64,000 bases of DNA from Parasitella parasitica NRRL 2501 (lineage: Eukaryota > Fungi > Mucoromycota). Below the pieces are notes generated by a model, which had not been told where the DNA came from, ran no database searches, and was given only the letters and a program-made list of their open reading frames with translations. Of this stretch, positions 1-11,860 are shown piece after piece. The translations under genes were made by a program, and so were the position numbers. The stretch spans positions 184,333-248,332 of the forward strand of contig MU619256.1 of assembly GCA_025201805.1 (NCBI GenBank). The letters run 5' to 3'. Each line of letters starts with the position of its first letter. Within the stretch, counting starts at the first letter, position 1.

Positions 1-63
1 GAATTATTTCATTTTTCCTGTCTGATTTTAAAATTAAATTTTGTCTCTAATTTTTTTTTGTAA

Positions 64-92
64 GTGTCCCAATAATTTCAGGATTTAGTGTA
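64..92. mobile_element. Probable right terminal inverted repeat of a Tc1/mariner-like element extending off the left window edge
   Basis: GTGTCCCAATAATTTCAGGATTTAGTG followed by TA. The reverse complement TA-CACTAAATCCTGAAATTATTGGGACAC has the look of a Tc1-type TIR with a TA target site. The partner TIR is not in the window. Confidence 0.35.
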
Positions 93-1053
93 TATCCGAT
101 ATTCTATATAAACGACTGAATATGTTGTTACACATAATGCTTGACTTATTACTAGCTCAGTTTTCTAAATAATATAAATACTCTTTAAACAATTATCTTA
201 TTTTGCGTCTGATTACTTTTTACTTCCTTTTTTTTATTTTTTTGTATCCTTATCTATTTCATAGCCACAGATATTATACTCAGGCATGCGTTTGAGATGT
301 TTCTGTTTGTTAACACAACTTATTGAAGTGTATTAGCTGTGTCGAACCTCACTGTTTTATTGACCTTTTATCTAGGTATCAAAAATGTTAATTTCTGTAT
401 AGGTGAATGTCGAATAAGAAAGTTGTTATTTGTGTGATGCAAAATTTGATCCCTTTTTCTTGTGTCAAGCAAAACCATACTGAAAAATCTCTGTATTCTT
501 CCTTTTACTATTACTATCTTTTTATAGGGGTGCGAATAATATTCTTTTTACATTTGCATAAAAAGTACTACTCTACATGTCCAAAGTAAAATAAAGAAGG
601 ACTTAGACATAAAGCCACGAACACTATAATAAGGTTGTTGGTCGACTTTGTCTTTCAGATTAGCAAGGATTGTGGAACTTGTGCTCGCAGTCGTGTCATA
701 GACTGATTGTATTTGCTAGACGTGTCTTATCTGAGCTGTTTAGCTCCATGTCAATAGTAACTAGAAGCAATTATATGAAGCCCAACGTCTCTACTGAACA
801 GCCTGATACAAAATTGCGCCTGTCTAGTAGGTACCGCTTCCAGAATCAACGACCTTGCTATTTTGAGATAACCACTCAACTGGCTCTCGTAACATCCAAA
901 TTTCGCCATTCTCTATTTTAGAAAGACAAAATATATTCACTCATCATTGACAAGCAACAAAAAGTACAGAAAGGCATGTGAGGATCAATTTATCAAAAAA
1001 AAAGAAAAAGCAACTTATTTAACAACATGCCATTGAAGCATTGTATATATAAA

Positions 1054-2943
1054 CTAAAAATCTAAAGGATGTCTACTTGCTATTTCCTTGCTATAAATAT
1101 TATAATATTGGCCATTGTCAAGCTTGTTCCATCCATACTTGTCAGCTGCACCTTCTTCAACCTGTTCTTGCTCTGGTTGCTCTGCTGACGTACTTGTCTC
1201 ATTGGTGAATATTGGAGTTGGAGGGGGAGGGCCAAAGCATCGGAGTGGCACTGTTGAGACTTGGTCTCGAGGAGGAGTGTACCAGGTACAGCGAAGCCAG
1301 CTAAGTTTATCATTGATAATAGGCATTTTGTGTCGATTAAAAGAGCCTTCTGCAGTGTGTATCTTCTTCCTTTCTTTGATTATTTTGTCTGCAACTGATT
1401 CAAGCTCTCTTTTCATTGTCAGTAGCTGGGCTAAGGCTTCTGGTAGACTGAAGAGACCATCAAAGCTATGTGGTATGTTGAATGTATGTCTATGCTTTGT
1501 AACGTATAAACCATTTACAGCGAGATGCATGGTAGAGAGCACACAGGAGGAGCCAGTTATTTGAATCATATACGACATGACTTCATCATTCGCGTTTTTC
1601 AGATTGTTGACTAATCCATCAATAGTATCTTTACACTCTCGAAGCAGTTTTGCATTGTCATTGATTGCTTTGTTGTCGTCATTCTTCTTGGCGCATTCGC
1701 CAACAGCAACATCAATCTCTTCTTCTTCTACTTCTACTACAAGCCTTATATCAATCTTAAACCCGTGTACTGACTTTGCCTGGGGGTATTGTTCCTTCTT
1801 GCTTTCAGTAGAGTATGCATTCTCAGATTCGCCAGTGACAACATGAACTATGCCTTTAGGTGGGAAGAGCAGCTCAAGTATATAAGACCAAATTAAGCGC
1901 AAATACTCGTTTTCTCGGATAGTCTTCTTTTCATTATGATGCAGTAGATGACTGTAATTGTCCATTATTTTGAGAATATGCTTTATGATCTTATAAGTTG
2001 TTGCTTTGAGTTTGTCTGACTTGCTATACTTCTGTTTCAACTTGTCTACATATTCAACAGCACATTCATAATCACCTGAGAGGCCCAATGTATTCTGCAC
2101 AATCTTGATTGTATTGCAAATATCATCATCAAGTACATGTCGTTTAATTGCAAGTCTTTTTTCAAAATAAGCATTGATATAATCCCATTGCTTTGGAGTG
2201 AAGATTGATCTTTGTGAGCCAAAAGATTTGTCTGTCAGATCGAGGATTGAGGAGAGGCCAGCAGACATGATTTTTCTTTGCCTCGGTGTGAGGTCATCAG
2301 GGTTTGAAGCAAACGTCTCGTGGCACTTTACAGCCTCTCTTTTTATGATTGTTGCCAAAGAAACATCCGAACCAGGCACAGTAATACCGTCATGCTCGAT
2401 TTGCTCAACTTGTGTGTCAATGTCTCTTTTCTTTGAGGGCTTGGAGGAGGATGAGGAGGATGAGGAGGATGAGGAGCTAGCCTGTTTCCTTTTGAGGGTA
2501 GATCTGTTCATTGCCTCTTCTTCAAGGAGAGCTTGTGTCTTCCTGATATACAACCTGTGGTCAAGCGAAATCATCTTTAAACTTGAAGAGTGCTTCTCCC
2601 AGAATGTGGAAATTACCAGGCTCTTCTTTTTTATGAGGCTCATCATTGTAGTTGTCTTATTCTTTACTTCAGGTAGGTGAATTAAAGCTGTTTGGACAAG
2701 CTCTAAATCTTTCATGATCTTTGCTGCCGCTAGCTTCCTATCCATTGCCGGTTCTTCCTCCAGCAGTTTCATGAAATAGTCAATGACGTTCCAGTCGTCG
2801 ATAGCCTGGTTCACCCAATATGCTATATAATTTATGTTAGAGCGTGTACTATTTCTTTTTTTTTCTTCTCTCTGAGCCTTACTAGATAAATTGAGCTCGT
2901 CTTCGATACTCCTCCAAGCAGTCTCTTTAATTATGTTAGCCAT
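1054..2943 (-). CDS. Intronless 629-aa transposon-region protein with a C-terminal PD-(D/E)xK/restriction-endonuclease-like motif set
   Basis: Long intact ORF (first ATG at 2943, MANIIKET). The C-terminal half has E.EY..IW...GESE...GFKIDIR...DVAVGECAK...D.AKL.RE.KD, a spacing typical of REase-fold proteins expanded in Mucoromycota. Basic NLS-like patches (KRKQ, KKRD) flank a poly-Ser linker. Confidence 0.65.
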   Translation of the reverse strand: MANIIKETAWRSIEDELNLSSKAQREEKKRNSTRSNINYIAYWVNQAIDDWNVIDYFMKLLEEEPAMDRKLAAAKIMKDLELVQTALIHLPEVKNKTTTMMSLIKKKSLVISTFWEKHSSSLKMISLDHRLYIRKTQALLEEEAMNRSTLKRKQASSSSSSSSSSSSKPSKKRDIDTQVEQIEHDGITVPGSDVSLATIIKREAVKCHETFASNPDDLTPRQRKIMSAGLSSILDLTDKSFGSQRSIFTPKQWDYINAYFEKRLAIKRHVLDDDICNTIKIVQNTLGLSGDYECAVEYVDKLKQKYSKSDKLKATTYKIIKHILKIMDNYSHLLHHNEKKTIRENEYLRLIWSYILELLFPPKGIVHVVTGESENAYSTESKKEQYPQAKSVHGFKIDIRLVVEVEEEEIDVAVGECAKKNDDNKAINDNAKLLRECKDTIDGLVNNLKNANDEVMSYMIQITGSSCVLSTMHLAVNGLYVTKHRHTFNIPHSFDGLFSLPEALAQLLTMKRELESVADKIIKERKKIHTAEGSFNRHKMPIINDKLSWLRCTWYTPPRDQVSTVPLRCFGPPPPTPIFTNETSTSAEQPEQEQVEEGAADKYGWNKLDNGQYYNIYSKEIASRHPLDF

Positions 2944-3233
2944 AATAGCGTGTATGTACAAACTTGAATGAGGGAGGCAAAGATGAGAAGGATAAAAAAA
3001 ATGGCAAAATTGGGTTTTTAACTGTGAACACTATTTTTTTTATTCTACAGAGCGTTTTTTTGACTTTTTGACTGGAATTCCAGTGAACATCTCATATTGA
3101 CTACAGATTTTAGCCTTAAAAAAGACTAGCTTTAGTGGTCGAGATATGCTTGCTTATAATTACGTCAATTCATAAATAACCTGTTGCTTTCGAGTATTGA
3201 TGGTTGTTTAGTGGTGTCACTGACATCAATATA

Positions 3234-5131
3234 CAGTATCAAAATCCGGTATGGCATTTAATGATTTGGCGTTTAGAATGACTACAAAAGCTATAAAGAT
3301 CATTGATGAGTACATCATTACAGGCATCACCGATCCTACTACATAAATTTTCTTTAGTCATCAGCCGATCACGCTTCATTTTCCCTTTAACTATTGCCCA
3401 AAATTGTTCAATGGGGTTCAATTCAGGTGAATAAGGAGGTAGATACATGACTTTGTAGCCTTTACTTTCAAGTTTTCGTAACATCGGCTTGGATTTATGA
3501 ATAGAAGCATTATCCATAACGATGTAGCTTCCCTTAAAAGTTTCATCAAGATCCATTACATTAAGAAGCTCGTTCATAAACTTGACAAAATGAGCAGTAG
3601 TCATACCTTTTGGTGCTGGCTTATTATCGGCAGGATCGTCGTCAACTTCTGGATCCTCTGTACTATCTTGGTGCGGTTCTCTTCTTTTCATTATTAGCTT
3701 TTCTCTTTTTTTTTGGCAGCCTGTGTTTCTTTTCTTGGCGGAGGTTTTCTTATGACAACGTGAACAACGCTAGATGAGTGAATAGCACCGATAATGGTAT
3801 GAGATTGCGCTCTAGTTTTTGGTTGTTTTACTATAGCAGAGCTGCCACTTTTTGATCTAGCCCAATTATTTCTCATATTAATATGTAACCTGGCCTCATC
3901 AATGAAAATACAATTTTTTGTAAAATCCATATCAGAATCTTTCCATTCCATAAACCACTCGAATCTCGTCTGTAGGTTTCCCACTGAGTTTCTGACTTCA
4001 GGTTCAAACATCGGTTTTTTTTCACAGTGATGAGCATTGTGTTTCGTAAATGGTTATTAAGTTGCGACTTTGATATAGTAAAGTCTTCAAATCGCTCAGT
4101 CAAACTATTTATTATGTCGTCTGAATATAACTGGGGGTCATTATGTCTGCTTTTTTGGAAGTGCTAATTTGAGACGAAAATTTTAGAAATCAAGCAACCT
4201 AATTGTTATAACTCATCATTTAAATGGTTGTTTTCGATGGACATTTTGATATAATATTTGTTCAAAAGTAATTAAGGGTTTGTAATATCTGAGATTATGT
4301 AATCGAGGTTTTCTGGAATAATATGATATTGATTTATCGATAAAACATATGGAGTATTTATACTATTAGATATTTGGTTAAAATAATATGTTTTGGTTAA
4401 CATATTATTATTAAACATATTATTAATTGGAACGGAGTGTACAGCTTAAAAAATCGCCTTTTTTGGATTTCGAATCTCCTAATTTGGTTGATTCAAGCTA
4501 TTTCGCCCGACTTTCAACATGATTTACTCTGTTGAAAGAGCTCTTATTTCAAATCAAAATACATGACCATTTATTTCACGCTTTGTTGCATACGCACATA
4601 TTTTTTTATAGCTTTCTAAAGCTTCTATATATTTTCAATTAGTTTTTGAAAATGAGATATACTTGATTTAACGCCGACTTCTCAAAAATTCGAAACTTGA
4701 ATGGGAATTACAAAACCAAATAAAGCATTTATACACTCTATTCCTCGCTGAATTGTATTTATTTTGCTGTGTTCTTGTTCGGTTATATATATTTGATGTG
4801 TTAAGAAGGACCTTGATACCAGAAAGATTATGGTAGCTACCCACCGGGCTTGGTTCGCAGTTAGGGAATCGTCTTGGAACACCTCGAGGGTTGCCACCAA
4901 CACAAATTTCAATATAGCTTTTTCAAAATAACGGCCAAATTTGGCTTCCTGGCAATCTTATTTTACCTTTTGCTAAATATGGCACCCTGTTTACCTGGTC
5001 CGTTGGAGACCGTTTTTATTTATTTGTTGGTATTTTGGACAAAAGCAGGTGCAGAAGATATGCCGCCAATTTTAGTTAGCTAGTTCCGCCATTTATTTTT
5101 GAGAAAACGCCAAATTCCATAGGTTTGACTG
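3234..5131. mobile_element. Possible TA-flanked Tc1-like element boundaries (degenerate TIRs)
   Basis: TA|CAGTATCAAAATCCGGTATGG..ATTTGGCGTTT at 3234 versus the reverse complement of the right end TA|CAGTCAAACCTATGGAATTTGGCGTTT (ends 5131). The two align only with several small gaps. Confidence 0.35.
3239..4140 (-). pseudogene. Tc1/IS630-family DDE transposase (DD34E), frameshifted and 5'-truncated
   Basis: Motifs CIFIDEA (D1), VMDNASIH (D2) and LPPYSPELNPIE (E, 34 residues after D2), plus an HTH-like fragment DPQLYSDDII..ISKSQL. The reading frame is split at two homopolymer runs (~4015-4022 and ~3706-3714). Coding signal stops near 4140. Confidence 0.9.
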
Positions 5132-6314
5132 TATCATCATTTTTCATATGCTTTTCGTTCAATAAACCATACTGAAAATCCAAGTGCTAGTGGTGTGTAG
5201 TACAGTGCTATCCCATAGTCACTCATACAGAGGCATGAAAAGTTCTAGACTTTTGCCTACATGTCTGATTTACTACTTGCTTGCATACAACTCTTATCAA
5301 TTACACCAATTCAGAGGCATACTGTAAAAGCCACCATCTATATTTACTCTTCAAGCTGATTATGAATTAAAAATCGTGTACATAGTCGAGATTTATTGCC
5401 TATATAAAATGGATGCGCCAATCCCTCTTTTCATTGTTTACAAATAAGTATTACTGGTCATGCCATATCTTTCTAGCGGATTCCTTTGTCTTCTAGTGGG
5501 GTCTGACTCGGTAACCTCTATTTAGCGCACCTCCGCTACTATAGTAGTGATGGATCAACCAACCACCATGGGAAAGTTAGTATAGGATGCATGGCCTATC
5601 TGCTTGCAGATCTGCCTTGAATATTATCTCTCAGGTGCGGTATCCAACTTTTCAGAGTTATTAGGCTTGGTGCATGAATAACGATAGTTTTTGAAGAGTA
5701 GTTGAGGCTACTGGTTTTTGCTAATTGTAGGAGCTTTGTTCAAAGCACAGCTCAAATGCTACAAAAAGCTTTGCTAATGTTTACATGCATTCAAAACAGG
5801 AAAAATGTCGTACAACTAAAATTATACTAATCAGAAGAATCATACATTTATTTACTACATGTTGCATGTGTTGTTTGTATATATACTTTTTTTTTTTTTT
5901 TTACTACTTCGGCACCCTCAGATGCTGCAAAATGCATTTCGCAGCAATAAAGCAAGATCCTCCCCCTAAACAAAGGCGCTTAGAGTTCTGTAGTCATCAG
6001 ATCGGTGGCGTAAAATGATACATGGCACTTGGACAAGGTTGTTGTAGGGTCGTCTGTGTAACTTATCGATACTGGTTTTGACGATATATACTATAAGTAG
6101 TTATTCCTGAATGCCTGGGCAGAAATCTATATGCACATGATATAGAAATAATTACTTTTCATACCACAAAAAAGTGACACCTGCTACCATCAAAGTCAAT
6201 CCAGCATGTGATAAAGTATTGTGGTACCCTTTATTTGATGATTTTTCTGGCCCCTCTTTTCTTATTGCCTTTCTTTCTTTCCTTTTTCCACTTTCACCCT
6301 TTGTAGTTGTATAT

Positions 6315-9300
6315 ATGATTGATCGTCAAAATACCACCTCTCCTCCCTGGTCCCAGACGATGAGCAGGATCCACAGCCAGATAAACGACAACGAAAGCAA
6401 TTTCAGGTACACACTTATTTGTATTATGACACTGATTCAACCTTATTCACTTTTGTTTACTAAACAAACAGTTCCCAATCGGTAAAGCTTATGCCTTTGC
6501 GAGACGAAGATCCCAATGCTCCCCCGCCGCGCAAAAGAAACAACTCACTCATCCCGATCGAGCTCATGAAAAAAAACAGCGGCGAAGGTGGAAGAGAGTG
6601 TGCAGCCTTGGCAACTGTATTCGGTGTGCCCGAGTACATTGATTCCAAGATTTTTTGGGAGAGGCAGCATGAAGGATTGCAACCTAAAAAGCAAACCTCA
6701 CGGCCCTGCACACCAACCGGCGTGGCAACTGAGAGCAATAGCAGATACGGTCATGTGGCAGTGAATAATGTCTCGGTAGTAAGCCGTACTCTGGCATCTT
6801 CTAGCACCCCCAATGAGGAAGATATTATTCTGCAGGGAAGCCAGATTAGATCCAAGTTTTTTATCTCGTCCTATGTTGACGCTATGCTTGATCCTGTTGG
6901 ATCCAACGAACTGTTGCATTCTACTCTTCTGGGATCAACGGCATCGACACCTGATCCCGTCCCCACGCCCACAAAGAGCTTTTCATTGCCGCACATTCCA
7001 ACTGTCAGCAAATTTAATGATTTATTGATAGAAGACGAGTATGGCACCGAATTGATGTTTCCAGCAAACCCGTCTTCCATTTTGATCCATTCAACGCCTA
7101 TCATGCGGGCGTCTTCGATTTCATCCATTCAGAGTGCATTCACATTGGCATCCCAGAATAATAACCAGCAGCACGTAGAGGAAGATCAGGGCTCGCTGAA
7201 GACAAACTCAAAGCTTAGTGTGGTCATTGGCACTCCAGAGATATTCGACCTTATCGTGTCAGACCAAGACGAACGTTTTCTTATATGGGGTCCCGATCCA
7301 ATTGCACTCTCATCTTCAATGGCTACCGCAACAGCCCCCGAAAGGCCCTCTTCGTATGCAAACCTGTACAATAATCAGCATTCAAGGCCAGATTTGAAAG
7401 GATTTTCGTCAAACACAACATCAACAATTGCTCGAAGTAACTCTATTCAAACCTCCAATAAGCGCAATACAAGCAGAAGATCTAGTTTTGTGTCGGTTCG
7501 GTTATCAGCACAGAGTTGGTCCGAGAGTCTAAAACTCGGTAAGCCCACCCCGAAGCCCTCTACTTCAGCCAACACTGATCAACGCACTGCTGGTACAAGT
7601 CATGGCTCGCTTCTGCTCAAAAGAGCGTTCGGGTTAAACAAGAACATCAAGAGTACTGCCGCTATGGAGTCGGAAAAGAAGAACCTTGCGGATATACCAA
7701 AGGTCATTGAAGCTGCAACTATCCACAAACTGGTGGAGAAGTTGACAAACACATTGGGTAAGAAATAGTTGTTTTCTTCTTGGCAGGTGGACTAATGCGA
7801 TATGCATAGATTATAGCTTCATGACAGATTTTTTCTTGACCTATCGAGATTTTTTGGATTCTGCCGATTTATGTCAATTACTAATGTTGAGATTTTATTG
7901 GGCTCTGGAGGATGATGAAGAATCGAGACGTATTGTTAGAATCAGGTATGGAATAGAGTGCAATAGCAATGAGGCAAAAGGCATCTAATAAGCGCGGAAA
8001 CCTAGGACTTTTGTTGTACTAAGACACTGGCTAAACAACTACTTTGTACATGACTTTATTGGCAATCGGTCTCTTCGCATCATCTTGACTGAATTCCTCA
8101 ACGCACTCGCAAAACATCCACTAGTACAAACCTCTCCACGCGATCAGCGCATTGTGAAAATACTGAAGCGTGTTGTACGACGACTAAAGAAACTGTATTA
8201 CAATCGATCGTCAGGAGCATCTCGTGTTAAAGTCATTCCACCGCCTCCACCGACCGCAGAACAAGAGCAAATGGGTGAACTCGTTCGGGCCAAGCTATCG
8301 CAAAATGCTATCCGACGTAAAACAGCTCTTGGTATGGACATGAGCAGTCATCACAATGGTAACATGGCTGTGCAGGATGCCCGATACGCACCGGTAGTGG
8401 TAGTTGGAAGTCTGAATGTAAAAGGGCCTTTCATTGACTCAGGATTGGATTCCTTCAAATCACCATTCATCACACAACAGCAAACACAGGACAATGCAGA
8501 CGTTTCAGTCGTCGACGATGGCCAGACTATTCGCTCTTCGGTGCACCATAGATACGACAAAAGCGTTCATCATCCTGTAGAGATCGAAGAAGAACACGAC
8601 AATGTGGCTGTTGGAGCAAGTTCTGTTGCAAGCGTTGCGTCTGATGACTCGCTAGAAAGCGAGCTTAGTGCAGGTGAAACAGCTCCCCTGGAATCAGACG
8701 ATTCTGAAGATGAAGATAATGCTTTACAATCATCAAGCCAAGAGTACGACAACAAAAGCGACGAGCATGATAAAGACTGGATTAAAGAGCAACAAGAGAC
8801 GCTGGAGTACTTTCAATCGATAAGCAAGATGTCCATTGATCAAACCGACCGAACAAGCATCAGTATTAACACAAATCTATCGCATCAGCAAGAGGCTACA
8901 CATGACGTTATCACTGAATCGCCAACTGCCATCCATGATAATACCCAGCCCATAGCTTCAGATGAATTTGTCAATATCAAAAACGATGCAACTACCAGTC
9001 CGGCAGACATGGATCTCACTCCCAAACCTGTTCATCGTGTTTCATCAGAGCGATGGTGCAAGGAGAATGATGACCACCGCCCTCTTCACAGTGACAATGC
9101 TTTACCAGACGAGTTGCTAAAGGAACTGAGTGGCGACGAATCTCAAAGTAAATCGCCAACCGGACTATCAAGAAAGCTTTCTCGCAGGAGTATCGAAAAA
9201 CGCAAGAGCGTCAGAAGTTTTCAAGAAATGTACTCTCCAAGAAACTCTGCTCCTTCCTCAGCAGCAACATCGCCTTATCTTACTGGTGTACACAGCGATA

Positions 9301-11519
9301 AGCAAGCACTCGAAATCCCTGAATTGCCTGCTCTGACTCCAGACATGCTCGACCAATATGGTGCTGCTCCTAAAAAGAAAACAGCCAAGAAGAGAAGAAA
9401 GAGCCAGTTGAGGAAGAGATTTAGCACGGAAGAACCAGCAGCCGAGCCAATTGAAGTGTTTGCGTCTATCCCTTATGAAGCAACTCAAATCGTCTCTGAA
9501 GAGGCTTTTGAACAAGATCCCAAGGAAGAGGTGCCAAAACGTCGATTGTCAAGAGTTTTGTCCAAGGTATTCCGATATAGCCAGTATGAAGAGGCTGCTA
9601 CACCCATTACCTTGAAATCTAATGCTGCAGAAATTAAAGAAATTTCTGCTGAAGCAATTACCATAGAAGAAGCGAAAATACAACATGATCCAAGACCTCA
9701 ACAACAGCAACAGCAACAGAAGCAACAGCAACAGCAGCAACAGCAGCAACAGCAGCAAAAGCAACAACAACAGCAACAACAAACTAATCAGATTGTAAGT
9801 ATGATTGCTCAACGTCTTAGATATTGCAGTGTCGATGAAGGTGATGATTCTATGGATGGTAAATGCGGTTGCAGCAAATGTTCTGGTAATCGTCAAAGTA
9901 CAGTCACCTGCAAGAGACTTAGTATAATGTTGATAGCTGATGAGGAACGAAGGCGTAGCCTTGAATTAAGACGTAAACGTGCGACTAGCGTTGATCTGGA
10001 TGAACAAGCAATTCTCAACCAACTAGCTGCTCAATCTAGCGACAAAAAATCATCTAAAATCATGAAGAGTGGCCCCGTTTATCTGGGACATTTGCAAGCA
10101 CGGTCATTGATCACTTCTGGCATTGGAGATGCAGGCGATGAACATAATTTGTTGGACAACAATGACGATTCTAGCACAATTAGCTCTGTACCCTCTGAAA
10201 GATCCATTCAAACAGATGGCCAAGCAAGCTCCTGCCGCGAGAGACTGTCTCTCACATTTGATGCAGCCATTTCGAATGTAGCACAGTCCAAGATTGAGAT
10301 AGATATCCCTTGTGCAACGTCCACTAGTCCTGAAAAGGATCCTGCCACTAGTATGCTGGATCTATTCACCTCGTCTATACCGCTTCCTATTGCTGATGAC
10401 ACCAACTGGCCATCCAGGAATACTGATCGCTGTTTCATCATGTCTTACAGAACCAGCATGCTTGCAAGCCAGCTGTGTTTTATCGAGCGAGACGTGCTTG
10501 TCAAAGTAGGATGGGAGGAACTGATCCACTGTAAATGGACCAAAATGGACTCCAGCGGCAACATCAACACAGCACCTATTCCACAAAAGTCGAAGCCTAT
10601 ATTTGAAAGTGGTTTCAATGTTGATGACGATGAGCAAATTAATTATACTCGCCAAACAGAACAGCGACGCACCGAAGAGCAAGGCATTGAGCAGGTCATC
10701 CAAAGATTCAACACGGTGTGTCAGTGGGTCTCTTCTGAAATTGTGAGAACCAGAAACATTAACGAGCGCGTTAAGCTTATTGAAAAGTTTATTCGATTAG
10801 CCAAGGTATGTAAACTTTTACAAACATGCGTGAATGAATGGTAGAAAATAGTAAAACTGAATCTCTCTCTTTTTATTCTATTTTTGCTGTCCTTATAGAA
10901 ATGCAAAATGTATTCCAACTATGCAACACTTGTGCAGATCCTGTTGGGCTTGCAATCACCTGCTGTAGCACGCCTTGAAAAGACATGGTCAAAAGTTAGC
11001 ACGAAATATCAAAAACAGCTTAGCCAACTAACAGAATTCACCTCGCCCATGAAGAATTGGAAGAATATACGTGATAGCATGACTGAAGTTGCTGAAGAAT
11101 ATGGTAACTCGCCAGCTGAAGTGCAGGTAGAAATGCCAGGTACCACTGCCAATAGACAAAAATTCAAGAAAACAACCAGAATCAAGATCCCTTTTGGCGG
11201 ATGTATCCCATTTTTAGGCATCTATCTTTCCGACCTCGTTTTCAATTCTGAAAAGCCTCGCTTCTTGCAACCAAACCTGGAAAGCCAAAAAATTTACAGT
11301 GCCAATAACACTAGAAGTCTGCCAACTTGTCTGGATCAGCCGTTGGTTAATTTCAGAAAGCACCGCGTCATAGCAACTGTTATAAAGCGTGTGCTCACAT
11401 TCCAAGGATTGGCTATGAGGTATTCCTTCGATGAAGATGGCATCTTGTTGGAAAAGTGCAGGCATCTTGAGATATTGGATGCAACAGAAATCAGAGATTT
11501 AAGCGCTTCACTGGAATAA
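6315..11519 (+). CDS. Ras guanine nucleotide exchange factor (RasGEF_N/REM plus C-terminal CDC25 domain), multi-exon
   Basis: REM motif AATIHKLVEKLT..DYSFMTDFFLTYR..VLRHWLNNYF. CDC25 core LASQLCFIE..IQRFNTVCQWVSSEI..IEKFIRLA..NYATL..GCIPFLGIYLSDLVF. GT-AG introns at about 6407, 7758, 7946 and 10806; exon 1 (ATG 6315) splices in frame. Confidence 0.9.
9699..9782 (+). repeat. CAA/CAG microsatellite encoding a poly-Gln tract in the RasGEF
   Basis: Translates to QQQQQQQKQQQQQQQQQQQQKQQQQQQQ. Confidence 0.95.
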
Positions 11520-11762
11520 TTTAACACGACACATTACAATACCAACCTCTTTATAAATATACCAGCTAATAATTATTTATATAATATATACTGCACATCA
11601 AAATATCCTTATTAAAATACTAGGCTATTTCATATACTTTATACTGTAACGGTATAGCACGCTAAATTCTGAAAGAAGAAACAGATGCTTTTGGTTACTT
11701 TCTATAAACAATTTATAAATCGAAATATCACTTACCCAATAGTATTAAAAGGTCAAAGTCAA

Positions 11763-11860
11763 AGATACAGCGCTGGACTAATATTGAGTTATCCCCACTT
11801 TATATTTGTTTACTTACCTTCAAAGAGTATTGCCTCCATCGAAAGGCGAGCCCAGTATCT
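11763..11860 (-). ncRNA. Candidate Fanzor omegaRNA scaffold overlapping the ORF stop codon
   Basis: On the minus strand, AGAUAC-UGGGCU pairs with AGUCCA-(GCGCU bulge)-GUAUCU and encloses the hairpin GCCUUU-CGAU-GGAGGC. Three G-U pairs work only on the Fanzor sense strand. The position at the ORF 3' end is where TnpB/Fanzor omegaRNAs lie. Confidence 0.45.

Noticed and set aside
1115-2680. Plus-strand ORFs of 89-160 aa overlapping the 629-aa ORF
   Set aside because: Antisense shadows with no recognisable motifs.
9549-9896. Poly-Leu ORF
   Set aside because: Antisense of the RasGEF poly-Gln tract.
11644-11670. TGTAAC start resembling an LTR end next to the Fanzor 3' flank
   Set aside because: No matching second LTR, PBS, PPT or TSD found.
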